Source: Ferroglobus placidus DSM 10642 (GTDB taxonomy: Archaea; Halobacteriota; Archaeoglobi; Archaeoglobales; Archaeoglobaceae). From it: a stretch of 32,000 nucleotides of DNA. The notes beneath the pieces are model-generated. The model was not told where the DNA came from. It worked only from the letters and a program-made list of their open reading frames with translations, and ran no database searches. The stretch is from assembly GCF_000025505.1 (NCBI RefSeq), contig NC_013849.1:330001-362000 (forward strand), in the 5' to 3' direction. Each line of letters opens with the position of its first letter. The stretch's first letter is position 1. Positions 11,797-21,249 of the stretch are shown here, piece by piece. The translations under genes were made by a program, and so were the position numbers.

Positions 11797-13197
11797 TTAA
11801 ATCTTTTCATTATGTAAAGGTTTTAATATTAATGAAATAATAACTGCTATAATACACATAACTCCAGATACTATGTAAGCTAATTCATATTTTCCTGTAA
11901 TATCTCTAATAAATCCAGCCATTACTGGTCCAAGTATTCCTGCAACTCCCCAAGCTGTGAAAAGAATTGCATAGTTCATACCTAAATTCCTTGTACCGAA
12001 ATAATCTCCACATATGTTCGGCATTAGCGGTGAAATCCCTCCATAAGATAGACCAATCAAAACTACTCCTAAAATAGCTCCTATAGCACCGAATGTTACA
12101 ACTAGAGGAATGAAAAAGAACATCATTAACGACATCAATACTGCATCCGCAAGCATTGTATTTCGTCTACCAATTTTATCAGAGATAGTTCCAAACACAA
12201 CTCTCCCAAATCCATTAAACAGAGATAAAGTTCCAACAGCTAAAACGCTTGTGCTCATGCTAAAAATGGGAGTATTTGCACCGTATTCGTCAATTATAAC
12301 TTTGATATGCCCTATGACAAGTAAACCTGCTGCAGCCATAAACCAGTACCATAGCCAAATTAACCAGAACTGCCTTGTTCTTATCATTTCTCTCCACGTA
12401 AAGTTAATCTCTTCTTTTATTGAATGCTTTTCTTGAAGTGAAATATTATGATTTTTAGGATACCAGCCTTCTGGAGGGTATTTTAGAAATATTCCTGCTA
12501 TAAAAATTATAACTAGAAACATAATACCCATATATAAAAAAGCATTATGCCAACCGAAATGCTGTATCAGCTTAACAGCGAGTGGAGCTAAAAACAAAGC
12601 CCCCATTCCAAATCCCATTACTGTTAAACCAATTGCAAATCCAGCTTTATCCGGAAACCACCTCCTGACAACTGGAATGGGCACATTGTAAGCGAAACCT
12701 ATCCCGATACCACTAATTACACCATAAGTTAGATAAAGCCAGTACAAGCTCATAATATTGTAAGCACCTCTGAACTTGACTATCTTTTCTAAAGTCTCCT
12801 TATCTGATATTTTGATTTCTTTTCCGTTAATTATCTCTACTCTATCCAAAAATCTTGTTGCAGTAGGATCAGAGAAAAATCCGTCAGTTGCAAACATTCC
12901 AGAAAGGCTGGATAGTATCCACCCTAAAGCCAGTAAAAATCCTCCAAACCAGACTACTTTTCTTGGACCCCATTTTTCCAGCAAATTTCCTGCTGGTAGC
13001 ATACCCACCGAGAAAAAAAGCACAACTAATGCAAAAGCTCCAGAAGTCATAGCTCTCGTCCAGCCAAAAATTTTCTCAAGTGGTTCAATAAATACAGACC
13101 AAGAGAAGATTACGCCAAGTATAAGATTTATTACAAACCCACAAATAAGATATATCCATCGAGGAAAATCTTTATTAATCATTTTATAACTTTTCAT
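11797..13197 (-). CDS. MFS transporter, OFA (oxalate/formate antiporter) type
   Basis: 466 aa, about 12 TM; N-terminal GVIFSWSVFIEPLEKIFGWTRA, SGIGIGFAYNVPIPVVRRWFPDKAGFAIGLTVMGFGMGAL, FNGFGRVVFGTISDKIGRR. Confidence 0.85.
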   Translation of the reverse strand: MKSYKMINKDFPRWIYLICGFVINLILGVIFSWSVFIEPLEKIFGWTRAMTSGAFALVVLFFSVGMLPAGNLLEKWGPRKVVWFGGFLLALGWILSSLSGMFATDGFFSDPTATRFLDRVEIINGKEIKISDKETLEKIVKFRGAYNIMSLYWLYLTYGVISGIGIGFAYNVPIPVVRRWFPDKAGFAIGLTVMGFGMGALFLAPLAVKLIQHFGWHNAFLYMGIMFLVIIFIAGIFLKYPPEGWYPKNHNISLQEKHSIKEEINFTWREMIRTRQFWLIWLWYWFMAAAGLLVIGHIKVIIDEYGANTPIFSMSTSVLAVGTLSLFNGFGRVVFGTISDKIGRRNTMLADAVLMSLMMFFFIPLVVTFGAIGAILGVVLIGLSYGGISPLMPNICGDYFGTRNLGMNYAILFTAWGVAGILGPVMAGFIRDITGKYELAYIVSGVMCIIAVIISLILKPLHNEKI

Positions 13198-13203
13198 ATA
13201 TAT

Positions 13204-13356
13204 TTAAATTGAAATTGTATAAGTAAATGTATGACCGCAAACGGGACATTGTACATTGTATTTCCTAATAGTTTTAACACTCGAAGAATCAATTGAGCAA
13301 GAGAAATTTTCTGTATTACCGCAGTTCGGACATTTCAAAGGTCCAGCGCAGCACAT
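13204..13356 (-). CDS. Micro zinc-ribbon protein, 50 aa
   Basis: My reverse-strand translation: MCCAGPLKCPNCGNTENFSCSIDSSSVKTIRKYNVQCPVCGHTFTYTISI*. Two CPxCG knuckles; paralogous to 13950-14117. Not in ORF track. Confidence 0.6.
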   Translation of the reverse strand: MCCAGPLKCPNCGNTENFSCSIDSSSVKTIRKYNVQCPVCGHTFTYTISI

Positions 13357-13398
13357 ATCTATCACAATATATATTATAAAAAATTAAATATTATATTA

Positions 13399-13914
13399 CT
13401 AGAAACTACCCCAAATTCCAAGCATATATGGAAACGCTGGGATGTATGCAAGAATTCCGGAGACTATTGTGAAGTAAGCTATTGGCTTTACACCTTTTCC
13501 GTGTACTAATAACACCCAGAAGCTAAACCACAACGCTGCCCACTCAAACCAGAGAAACTTTAGGACTGCAAGTCCTATTTCCGTTGGTGGTGTTAAAGCT
13601 CCGCTAATCACCGCTGTTATTGCAACAAGCAGACAGTACCAACCTAAAGCTCTTTGATCGCTAATGTCCCTGACTATATTGAAGAATACCCAGAGGTACG
13701 TAAAGGAGAATAACAATCCTTGAGCCCAAGCGATTGCTCCAGGAGCTTTCAAAACTGCAAGATTGTAGTATGAAGACGAAAAAGTCACTATTCCCGTGAA
13801 AAGATTCATGATTGCTACATCCTTGGCATCAACTTTATTTAGTAACCATAAACCGTTCAGGATTAATACAAATCCTACATAAAGTAAAGCAGCACCAAGA
13901 ACTTCTAAACCCAT
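13399..13914 (-). CDS. AmiS/UreI family urea/amide channel
   Basis: 171 aa, about 6 TM; GLEVLGAALLYVGFVLILNGLWLL...NLFTGIV...YLWVFFN..GWYCLLVAI; adjacent to an amidase. Confidence 0.85.
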   Translation of the reverse strand: MGLEVLGAALLYVGFVLILNGLWLLNKVDAKDVAIMNLFTGIVTFSSSYYNLAVLKAPGAIAWAQGLLFSFTYLWVFFNIVRDISDQRALGWYCLLVAITAVISGALTPPTEIGLAVLKFLWFEWAALWFSFWVLLVHGKGVKPIAYFTIVSGILAYIPAFPYMLGIWGSF

Positions 13915-13949
13915 TATTTCACCTCACGAATATACCGCCTCTCCTATCT

Positions 13950-14117
13950 TTATGTTTCGAAAGTACACTTTGCAACACTTTCAGTATAGTAAAATCTCGT
14001 ACCGCAAGAAGCACATTCAATAAGATATTTAATAAGGAACTTTTTAGTTTCTACATTTGTTTGGCGCAAGTTGTCCGAGTTACCACAGTTTGGACACTTC
14101 AAAGGTCCACGGCACAT
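13950..14117 (-). CDS. Micro zinc-ribbon protein, 55 aa
   Basis: My reverse-strand translation: MCRGPLKCPNCGNSDNLRQTNVETKKFLIKYLIECASCGTRFYYTESVAKCTFET*. Not in ORF track. Confidence 0.6.
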   Translation of the reverse strand: MCRGPLKCPNCGNSDNLRQTNVETKKFLIKYLIECASCGTRFYYTESVAKCTFET

Positions 14118-14169
14118 CTTTTACACCTTTTAAAGTCTTTATATAAAAATATAATAATATTTTAAGGTT

Positions 14170-15162
14170 TTATTCTCCTGGTGGTTGTGGTGTTGATCTT
14201 GTAACTTTTTCTGACATTTCCTTAGCTTTTTTCACGTCGGTTGCCCAGATCTTATAGAATTCATATGGACATTCTGCAATTCCGTCTTCACTTTCTCCAG
14301 CCTCAGCTGTAGCAGTATAACCTCTGTGAAGCAACTTGTATAAGTGGTTCTGGGACATCCAGTTTCTCCTAGCGTTTCTTATAGCTGATATAGATAATTC
14401 TGCATACTGCACCTCATCGGGACTTTCACCACACTCTCCGAGAACTCTACCATCAAAGTCTATTATTGCAGAGTGCCCAAAGTAATAGTATGTGCCATCC
14501 CATCCCGCTAAGTTAGCCACTGCTACATAAACGTTGTTGCACCAAGCCATAACTCTTGCTACATCAATTTGTTGCTGTTTTGGAGGATACATGTATCCTT
14601 GGCACCTAACAATTAGTTCAGCACCTTTCATAGCACAATCTCTCCAGATTTCTGGATAATTTCCATCATCACAGATTATCAGGCTTATTTTTAGTCCTTT
14701 GGGACCTTCTGAAACATATGTTTTGTTACCAGGATACCAAGGTTCAATCGGGACCCATGGCATTATTTTCCTGTACTTTTGAACGATCTCCCCTTTGTCG
14801 TTTATCAATATCAAAGTATTGTATGGATTTTTCTTTGGATGTTCCTCGTGTAGCTCCCCAGTTAGTGAGAAAACTCCCCAGACTTTGTGTTTCTTGCAAG
14901 CCTCTGCAAATATGTCCGTCTCTTCACCTGGAATTGTCGTGGATAATTCTTTCCACTTCACGGGATTAAATCCCTGAGTGCTGTACTCAGGGAATATTAT
15001 TAAATCCAACCCTGGCAACCCTCTCTTACACCCTTCTATAAAACTAGCAATTCTTTCGCAGTTCTCCAAAACTTCTTCTTTGCTATTAACTACAGGAACC
15101 CTGTAATTCACTACAGCTACTCCAACCGTATCTTTTGACGACGCAATATCTCCGTGTGGCAT
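14170..15162 (-). CDS. amiE: Aliphatic amidase (AmiE/AmiF, nitrilase superfamily)
   Basis: 330 aa; [31 protein letters not shown] (E), YRKIMPW (K), [34 protein letters not shown] (C region). Confidence 0.85.
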   Translation of the reverse strand: MPHGDIASSKDTVGVAVVNYRVPVVNSKEEVLENCERIASFIEGCKRGLPGLDLIIFPEYSTQGFNPVKWKELSTTIPGEETDIFAEACKKHKVWGVFSLTGELHEEHPKKNPYNTLILINDKGEIVQKYRKIMPWVPIEPWYPGNKTYVSEGPKGLKISLIICDDGNYPEIWRDCAMKGAELIVRCQGYMYPPKQQQIDVARVMAWCNNVYVAVANLAGWDGTYYYFGHSAIIDFDGRVLGECGESPDEVQYAELSISAIRNARRNWMSQNHLYKLLHRGYTATAEAGESEDGIAECPYEFYKIWATDVKKAKEMSEKVTRSTPQPPGE

Positions 15163-15283
15163 ATGTTACCACCTCAAAAAATGGTTGTTAGATTGAAAAT
15201 TTAAAGTTTGTTATTATTAATTATTACTTATACTTACAAACTCGCAACTTGTAAATTTCATTAATGTAAGTTCGGGGAGAATA

Positions 15284-15832
15284 TTACTCGTTACTACTAA
15301 GGTCTACTATCACAAGTTTGCCGTAACCCTCCTCTATTTTTACAGGAAAACGCATTTTCTGGAATATCACTTCAAGTGAGATTTTTATGAACTCCTTTGT
15401 TGATGAATCTATGAGTATAAGCGAATAGGTTTTCTCAGAAATTTTTTTAACTTCAAACCAATTGGTTTTTTCCATTAGCTTCAGAACGTCTTCAACAGAG
15501 TTTAATCCTCTCACGAGGAATTCTACTGCATGACTCGCTGCGACTTTTCGAACTTCTTTCCAAAATCTCTCGTCTTTTATTTTCTCTATTTCTGAAAATA
15601 TAACTTTTAAATAATCAGTATCTAATATTACATGTTCTCTTTTTGATAACATCTCAACCCATGCCGTTAGTGTTTCTTGATCGACATCGCTTTCTCGAAA
15701 AAGAGAATAACCAAGCTCTATTAAATGTCTTATACATTCACTTGTGCTGACATTGGATTTCCTTCTTAATGATTCTAATTTTCTTTTTGAATCTTCATTA
15801 ATTGATATACTTATTCTTTCAGTCGTTCCCAT
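15284..15832 (-). CDS. Ribbon-helix-helix transcriptional regulator with C-terminal extension, 182 aa
   Basis: TERISISINEDSKRKLESLRRKSNVSTSECIRHLIELG; start overlaps the 3' end of the TRAP permease ORF. Confidence 0.75.
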   Translation of the reverse strand: MGTTERISISINEDSKRKLESLRRKSNVSTSECIRHLIELGYSLFRESDVDQETLTAWVEMLSKREHVILDTDYLKVIFSEIEKIKDERFWKEVRKVAASHAVEFLVRGLNSVEDVLKLMEKTNWFEVKKISEKTYSLILIDSSTKEFIKISLEVIFQKMRFPVKIEEGYGKLVIVDLSSNE

Positions 15833-17684
15833 TTTGATACACCTCGTATAATGCTTTTTTACGCAATATATATAACATTGATGTTAATATAATTAGACCT
15901 AAAAATTTAAATAGAAGCAATTGTTGAAGGAGGAGGATTGCTAAAAAAGCAAATAAAATTCTGTATGCAACACTAAGTTTTCTTCCAAAATAGCCTACTA
16001 CTGCAATTGATAAAGCAACGAATCCACTTAATATAAAAAATACCGTAAAAAGGGAATTTAAGGAGGGCTGAGTAAGCTCTTTATATATAAGCATTAAGAA
16101 TGGAATCACGTATGATACAGTAGCAAGCTTAAACGCAGTAAATCCAGTTTCTTCAATCTTTGATCCAGCCAACGAAGCAGCAGCATAGGAGGCAACAGCT
16201 ACTGGAGGAGTTACGGCTGATAGCATGGCAAAATAGAAGACAAAAAGGTGAGTTGCAATTTTGTCGAAACCTGCATGTATCAGAATTGGAGCAGCTATAG
16301 ATGCTGTGAGAACATATGCGGCTGTTGTCGGCATACCCATCCCTAGAAGGATTGCTAAAATCATTGTCAGTACAGTAAGTACGACAATATTTCCATGGGA
16401 TAGGCTTATGATCACACTTGTTAGTTTTTGACCAAGTCCGGTTAAGCCAATTATTCCCACAACCATTCCAACTCCAGCAAGTATGCATGCAACGACTGTT
16501 GCATTTTTTGCAGCATCAGAGAACGAATCCAATATCAGCTTGAGATTCCTAGGTTTTTTGTCAATGACTAAAATTTTGAAAAATATGAAGGCAAACGTAA
16601 ATGTTAATGAGTCAACAATGGCACCTAAAGGTGACATAGTTGTTACGAGTCTATAAATCAAAACGACTAAAGGTAGGAATAGATATAAATTTTTCAGAAC
16701 ATCTTTCCAGCTTATTTTAACTTCAAAACCTTTTAATTTATCTCTTTGAGCAATTAAATCGACTGTTATGAATATAGAAGCATAATATAAGAAAGCTGGT
16801 ATAATTGCAGCAGTGATTATATAAAGATAATTAACGTTTAAAACCTCTGCCATTATAAAAGCTGCAGCACCCATTATCGGTGGAACTAGCTGACCTCCCG
16901 TTGATGCAATAGCCTCTACGGCTGCGGCAAATGATGCCCTGTATCCTGCTTTTTTCATCATAGGTATTGTAAAAGTACCTGTAGCAAGGACATTAGAAAC
17001 AGATGCACCGGATATAGTTCCAAATAGGGAACTTGCTATTATCGCAGCTTTTGCAGCCCCTCCTCTCTTCATTCCAACGGCTCTGAGAGCAACGTTAATG
17101 TAAACTGTCCCGATCCCTGTACCGTAGAGGATAGAAGAGAAAAGTATGAACATAAAGACGTAAGTTGCTGAAATGTACAGAAGAAAACCTAGTATGCCGT
17201 CTGGACTTAACGCAATTTGCTCGAATATCAGCTGAAGACTGACCCCGTGGTGCATAACACCTGGAATGGCAGGACCAACGATCCAATAAAGTACGAATAA
17301 ACTTATGAAAACTGTTAGAACTCTTCCTGCAACTCTTCTAACACTTTCAACTGTTAGAAAAATTAATAGCGAACCAAAAAGTATGTCTGGAAATGTAATA
17401 GGCGTTAGAAGCGGTATTCTTTCAAGTATATATTCTTCTCTCATCAAATAGAAAATTCCTGTTAATGCTGCTAAGATTACCAGGATTGGATCCACAAATT
17501 TATTTAATGGATGTTTAGAAGGTTTAACTAAAAAAGCGAGTATCAGAGCAAAAGTTATATGCACTATTTTTAATGTAAAATCATTTTTCAGAATTGCAAG
17601 AACATATAGTTGAAGGAAAACCCAAACAGAACTTAGAAGATATATAATATTTTCACGGGTGACTTTATTCGAGATTTTATTCAA
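15819..17684 (-). CDS. TRAP transporter fused permease subunit (DctQM-type)
   Basis: 621 aa, many TMs; GTISGASVSNVLATGTFTIPMMKKAGYRASFAAAVEAIASTGGQLVPPIMGAAAFIMAE, LGMGMPTTAAYVLTASIAAPIL. Confidence 0.9.
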   Translation of the reverse strand: MNKISNKVTRENIIYLLSSVWVFLQLYVLAILKNDFTLKIVHITFALILAFLVKPSKHPLNKFVDPILVILAALTGIFYLMREEYILERIPLLTPITFPDILFGSLLIFLTVESVRRVAGRVLTVFISLFVLYWIVGPAIPGVMHHGVSLQLIFEQIALSPDGILGFLLYISATYVFMFILFSSILYGTGIGTVYINVALRAVGMKRGGAAKAAIIASSLFGTISGASVSNVLATGTFTIPMMKKAGYRASFAAAVEAIASTGGQLVPPIMGAAAFIMAEVLNVNYLYIITAAIIPAFLYYASIFITVDLIAQRDKLKGFEVKISWKDVLKNLYLFLPLVVLIYRLVTTMSPLGAIVDSLTFTFAFIFFKILVIDKKPRNLKLILDSFSDAAKNATVVACILAGVGMVVGIIGLTGLGQKLTSVIISLSHGNIVVLTVLTMILAILLGMGMPTTAAYVLTASIAAPILIHAGFDKIATHLFVFYFAMLSAVTPPVAVASYAAASLAGSKIEETGFTAFKLATVSYVIPFLMLIYKELTQPSLNSLFTVFFILSGFVALSIAVVGYFGRKLSVAYRILFAFLAILLLQQLLLFKFLGLIILTSMLYILRKKALYEVYQNGND

Positions 17685-17729
17685 AGTTTTTCACCTCCAA
17701 AAATAGAAGAGAAGAAATCAAAAATTATA

Positions 17730-18785
17730 TTATTTAGATTCGAAATATTTTTTAGCTCCATCGTGAAGAGGAATCAAAGACTCCCCCGCATGTTTAACGT
17801 CAAATCTCTCAAACCCAGCAAAAGCTTCTATAAGTCTCTCCTTATTTTCGACTATTGCCTTTGTAACGATGAATATAATTTCATCTGGTATGTCACTTCT
17901 TGCAACTATGCATGCCCAGAGACCTACCGTCTTTATGTCTTCGTTCATCCCCTCGAATGTTCCCTTTTCAACGGTATACGGTGTAAGTCCGTAATCTTTG
18001 AATTTTTCTATAACTTCATCGTTAAGCGGCAAATAAACGACATCCGTAGCTGCTGTTAGTTTCAACCATAGTGGATGGTTGTATGTTCCAACATCTGCGA
18101 AAACTTGAGCTTTGCCTGTTTTTAGAACTTCCACTCTATAATCTTCCGATGTCCCGAGTAGAACATCTCCACCAGCTTTTTTAATGTCATCATATGTAAC
18201 TCCGTAAAGTTCTAAGGCAACTCTTGTTGCGTATTCATCTAATGAACCCTTTTTACCTGTTACAATTACCACACTTTTTCCATCTTTAATCATTTTTATG
18301 ACATCATCGAGGGTTTTAATGTTATTTTTTTCTGCAAACTCTTTTTTAACAGCAAAGAGAAGGAAATATGGAGATAATTTGTTTACAACCATTCTTATAT
18401 TTGGAATTTTCTCTTCATAGGGTGGCATTCCGTTGTAAGCGAAATAGGCATAGGTATCAAAAGTTATAGCAAGATCTCCCTCATTTTTTGCAAGAAGACC
18501 GAGATTGCCTATCGCTCCAGGTCCCGGAACAACATCGACGCTTGATCCTGGAGGTAAATAATCCTGAATGACTTGTGCTATGCTGCTCCCCATTATGTAC
18601 CAGCTACTTCCAACGCTGTAAGTTAGCAACCGTAATTTAACAGCCTCTTTTTTCTCAAGTGTCGGAGTCTGTGCAGGAGTTGGTGTTTTCTTTTCTGTAG
18701 GTTGTGCACACCCTAAAAATGTCGTCACGATCAACAGTGCAATGAGTAGTAATAACACAGTTTGTCGCATAGTGTTCACCCCCAA
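17730..18785 (-). CDS. TAXI family TRAP transporter solute-binding protein
   Basis: 351 aa with signal peptide/lipobox-like LIVTTFLGCA, then GSSWYIMGSSIAQVIQDYLPPGSSVDVVPGPGAIGNLGLLAKNEGDLAITFDTYAYFAY. Confidence 0.9.
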   Translation of the reverse strand: MGVNTMRQTVLLLLIALLIVTTFLGCAQPTEKKTPTPAQTPTLEKKEAVKLRLLTYSVGSSWYIMGSSIAQVIQDYLPPGSSVDVVPGPGAIGNLGLLAKNEGDLAITFDTYAYFAYNGMPPYEEKIPNIRMVVNKLSPYFLLFAVKKEFAEKNNIKTLDDVIKMIKDGKSVVIVTGKKGSLDEYATRVALELYGVTYDDIKKAGGDVLLGTSEDYRVEVLKTGKAQVFADVGTYNHPLWLKLTAATDVVYLPLNDEVIEKFKDYGLTPYTVEKGTFEGMNEDIKTVGLWACIVARSDIPDEIIFIVTKAIVENKERLIEAFAGFERFDVKHAGESLIPLHDGAKKYFESK

Positions 18786-18957
18786 TTATTAAAAATTAGT
18801 AATTACCATTCGTTAAAATTCTTGTTATGGTAGGATTATGAAAAAATTGCCAGTTATTAGTCATGTTTTCGTAACAAGTAATTAATATGGTATCTTACAT
18901 AAAAAAGTTGATGGAGAGTATTAGCTTTGATTATTATAACGCACTGGGGGCGAAGCA

Positions 18958-20268
18958 ATGAGAATTGGTTGCGGAGCAGGTTTTTTGAACGATCGCGTAG
19001 ACTCAGCTAAAGAACTTGTAAAAAAAGTAGATTTAGATTACTTGGTCTTCGAGTGTCTCGCAGAAAGAACACTTGGAATAATTCTAAAAAACAGCTCTAA
19101 AGGTGGTGATGCTTATGCTCCAACGCTTTTGAACAGAATGCGAGAAATACTCCCTCTTTGTATAGATAAAGGCACAACAGTTATTACAAATGAAGGAGCA
19201 GCGGACCCACTAACTGCGGGATTTCGTGTTGCCAACTTAATAAATGAAATGGGGTACGATGACGTCTCAATAGGTGTTGTAATAGGTGATAAAATTTCGG
19301 ACAATGGTATACTAAAAGAAATTGTCCATAAAAAGGACAGTGAGGAGTTCTTGGGAGCATTCGTATATCTTGGGGCAGAACCGGTTGTAGAAGCTCTAAA
19401 AAAAAGTGTTGATATCGTTATAACAGGAAGAGTTTCCGATACTAGCTTATTTCTCGCTCCGATGATTTACGAATTTGGCTGGGAACTCGACGATTGGGAG
19501 AGATTAGCTAAAGGAGCGACTATTGGGCATCTGTTAGAGTGTTGTGGTCAAATTACTGGGGGATACTTTGCATCACCTCCTGAGAAAATTGTTACAGACT
19601 TAGCAAAATTAGGATTTCCTTATGCAGAAGTATCTGAGGACGGAGAAGCAATAATATCAAAGCCAGAAGGTACTGGTGGAGCTGTAACTGCTTTGACTTG
19701 CAAGGAGCAATTACTCTATGAGATTTTTGATCCGTCCAATTATGTGACGCCAGATGTAGTTATAGATTTCACGAATGTGGAATTTCAAGAAATCGGAAAA
19801 GATCGAGTAGTAGTTACAGGGGCTCGCGGAAAGCCCAGACCTGAGAATCTGAAAGTTATAATTTTTTATAAAAGCGGATATATTGGAGAGGGAGAAATAT
19901 CCTATGGAGGTTATCGAGCCTTGGAGCGAGCAAAGCTAGCTTCGGAAGTAATTTTAGAAAGGTTAAGAATCAGACGTATAAGTTTTGATGACGTGAGGGT
20001 TGACTTTATAGGCATTAATAGTCTCTCAAAAGCAGTAAATTTAAACGAGTTTAACAACATTCCGGAAGTTAGGTTGAGAGTAGCTGTCAAATCAAAAAGA
20101 CTTGATGAAGTGAAGATATTTTGTGATGAAGTGGAAGCTCTCCTTACGAATGGTCCAGCTGGGGGTGGTGGAGTTAAGACAAGCATCGATGAACTTGTTA
20201 GAACTGATTATGCTTTTATTCCACGAGAAAAGATAGCTACGAAAGTTTTTGTTATAACAAATAGGTAG
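18958..20268 (+). CDS. AtuA-like (DUF1446) protein, large subunit
   Basis: 436 aa; MRIGCGAGFLNDRVDSAKELVKKVDLDYLVFECLAERTL...NEGAADPLTAGFRVANLI...VITGRVSDTSLFLAPMIYEFGW.. typical of acyclic terpene utilisation AtuA family. Confidence 0.8.
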   Translation: MRIGCGAGFLNDRVDSAKELVKKVDLDYLVFECLAERTLGIILKNSSKGGDAYAPTLLNRMREILPLCIDKGTTVITNEGAADPLTAGFRVANLINEMGYDDVSIGVVIGDKISDNGILKEIVHKKDSEEFLGAFVYLGAEPVVEALKKSVDIVITGRVSDTSLFLAPMIYEFGWELDDWERLAKGATIGHLLECCGQITGGYFASPPEKIVTDLAKLGFPYAEVSEDGEAIISKPEGTGGAVTALTCKEQLLYEIFDPSNYVTPDVVIDFTNVEFQEIGKDRVVVTGARGKPRPENLKVIIFYKSGYIGEGEISYGGYRALERAKLASEVILERLRIRRISFDDVRVDFIGINSLSKAVNLNEFNNIPEVRLRVAVKSKRLDEVKIFCDEVEALLTNGPAGGGGVKTSIDELVRTDYAFIPREKIATKVFVITNR

Positions 20269-20277
20269 GTGACTTGA

Positions 20278-20601
20278 ATGAAACTGGGAGAAGTCGCTCA
20301 TGCGAGAGCTGGAGACAAAGGTGGAACTGTGAATATCTCAATAATTCCCTACAAGGAAGAAGATTACGAAAAATTGAATGAAATTCTTACTGAAGAGAGA
20401 GTTGAAACCTTTTTCAGATCTGTTTTGGGAAGAGACATTTATGTCAAAAAATATGAACTCCCAAAGATAAAGGCTTTGAACTTCGTTATTGAAAACGCTT
20501 TTTCTGGAGTTACATATTCTCTAGCTTTAGATAAACATGGAAAAACGTTGAGCTACATACTCCTCGAAATGGAGCTTGAAGATGAACAGCGAAAGTTTTA
20601 A
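20278..20601 (+). CDS. AtuA C-terminal-domain-like small protein
   Basis: 107 aa; KLGEVAHARAGDKGGTVNISIIPY..., pattern of the AtuA-associated small partner domain. Confidence 0.8.
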   Translation: MKLGEVAHARAGDKGGTVNISIIPYKEEDYEKLNEILTEERVETFFRSVLGRDIYVKKYELPKIKALNFVIENAFSGVTYSLALDKHGKTLSYILLEMELEDEQRKF

Positions 20602-20627
20602 CCAAATTTATTCAGTAACTAAAGATA

Positions 20628-21218
20628 ATGAGAAAATATTACAAGAGAGTTACAGTAGCCTTAGAAGAGAATGAGTGGGAAGATGTCAAAGAACTAAGTG
20701 ATATGCTTGGAAAGTCCCTTAGCAAGATAATAAGGGAAGCCGTTCAAATTTATAGTCAGATTGTAAGACGATCAATTTTGAATTCGTCTTCTCTTCACGA
20801 GTTTGACAAATTAGATCTAGAAAGATTGTACAACTGGATCCCAGCTATGGCAGATAACCAGCACATAATTATAGACAACGAACATTGGAGGTTGCTTTTT
20901 GAAGCAATAGAGAGAATCGAAGATCAAACAATTTTGAACAAATTTTACGAGAAGGTTAGAAACTCTGGTGTAGCCCATGGCTTCGAATTTTTTTACGAGG
21001 GATACAATACTCCGTTAAAAATTTTGAAAAGATTAGAATTTGGTGGATGGGGATATGTGTTAAAAAAGGATGATGAAACTTATGTTTTTGTTATAAAAAG
21101 TGGAATAGGTTCTAAGTTTGTTGAATATTTCTTGAGAGGTGTCTTTGAGTCACAAAACATTTCAGCAGCAATTACAAGAGGGGAAGGAAAACTTATTATA
21201 AAAATTTTATCTAAATAA
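20628..21218 (+). CDS. Ribbon-helix-helix transcriptional regulator with C-terminal extension, 196 aa (paralogue of 15284-15832)
   Basis: RVTVALEENEWEDVKELSDMLGKSLSKIIREAVQIYSQI; C-terminal half aligns by eye with the 182-aa regulator. Confidence 0.75.
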   Translation: MRKYYKRVTVALEENEWEDVKELSDMLGKSLSKIIREAVQIYSQIVRRSILNSSSLHEFDKLDLERLYNWIPAMADNQHIIIDNEHWRLLFEAIERIEDQTILNKFYEKVRNSGVAHGFEFFYEGYNTPLKILKRLEFGGWGYVLKKDDETYVFVIKSGIGSKFVEYFLRGVFESQNISAAITRGEGKLIIKILSK

Positions 21219-21249
21219 ATTAAAAAATTAACTTTACTCATTAATAATT

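Noticed and set aside
13812-14165. 117-aa + strand ORF 13812-14165
   Set aside because: Antisense to AmiS/UreI start and the micro zinc-ribbon; the reverse-strand CxxC pairs are far more convincing.
16153-16488. 111-aa - strand ORF rich in Cys/Ser
   Set aside because: Alternative frame inside the TRAP fused permease gene.
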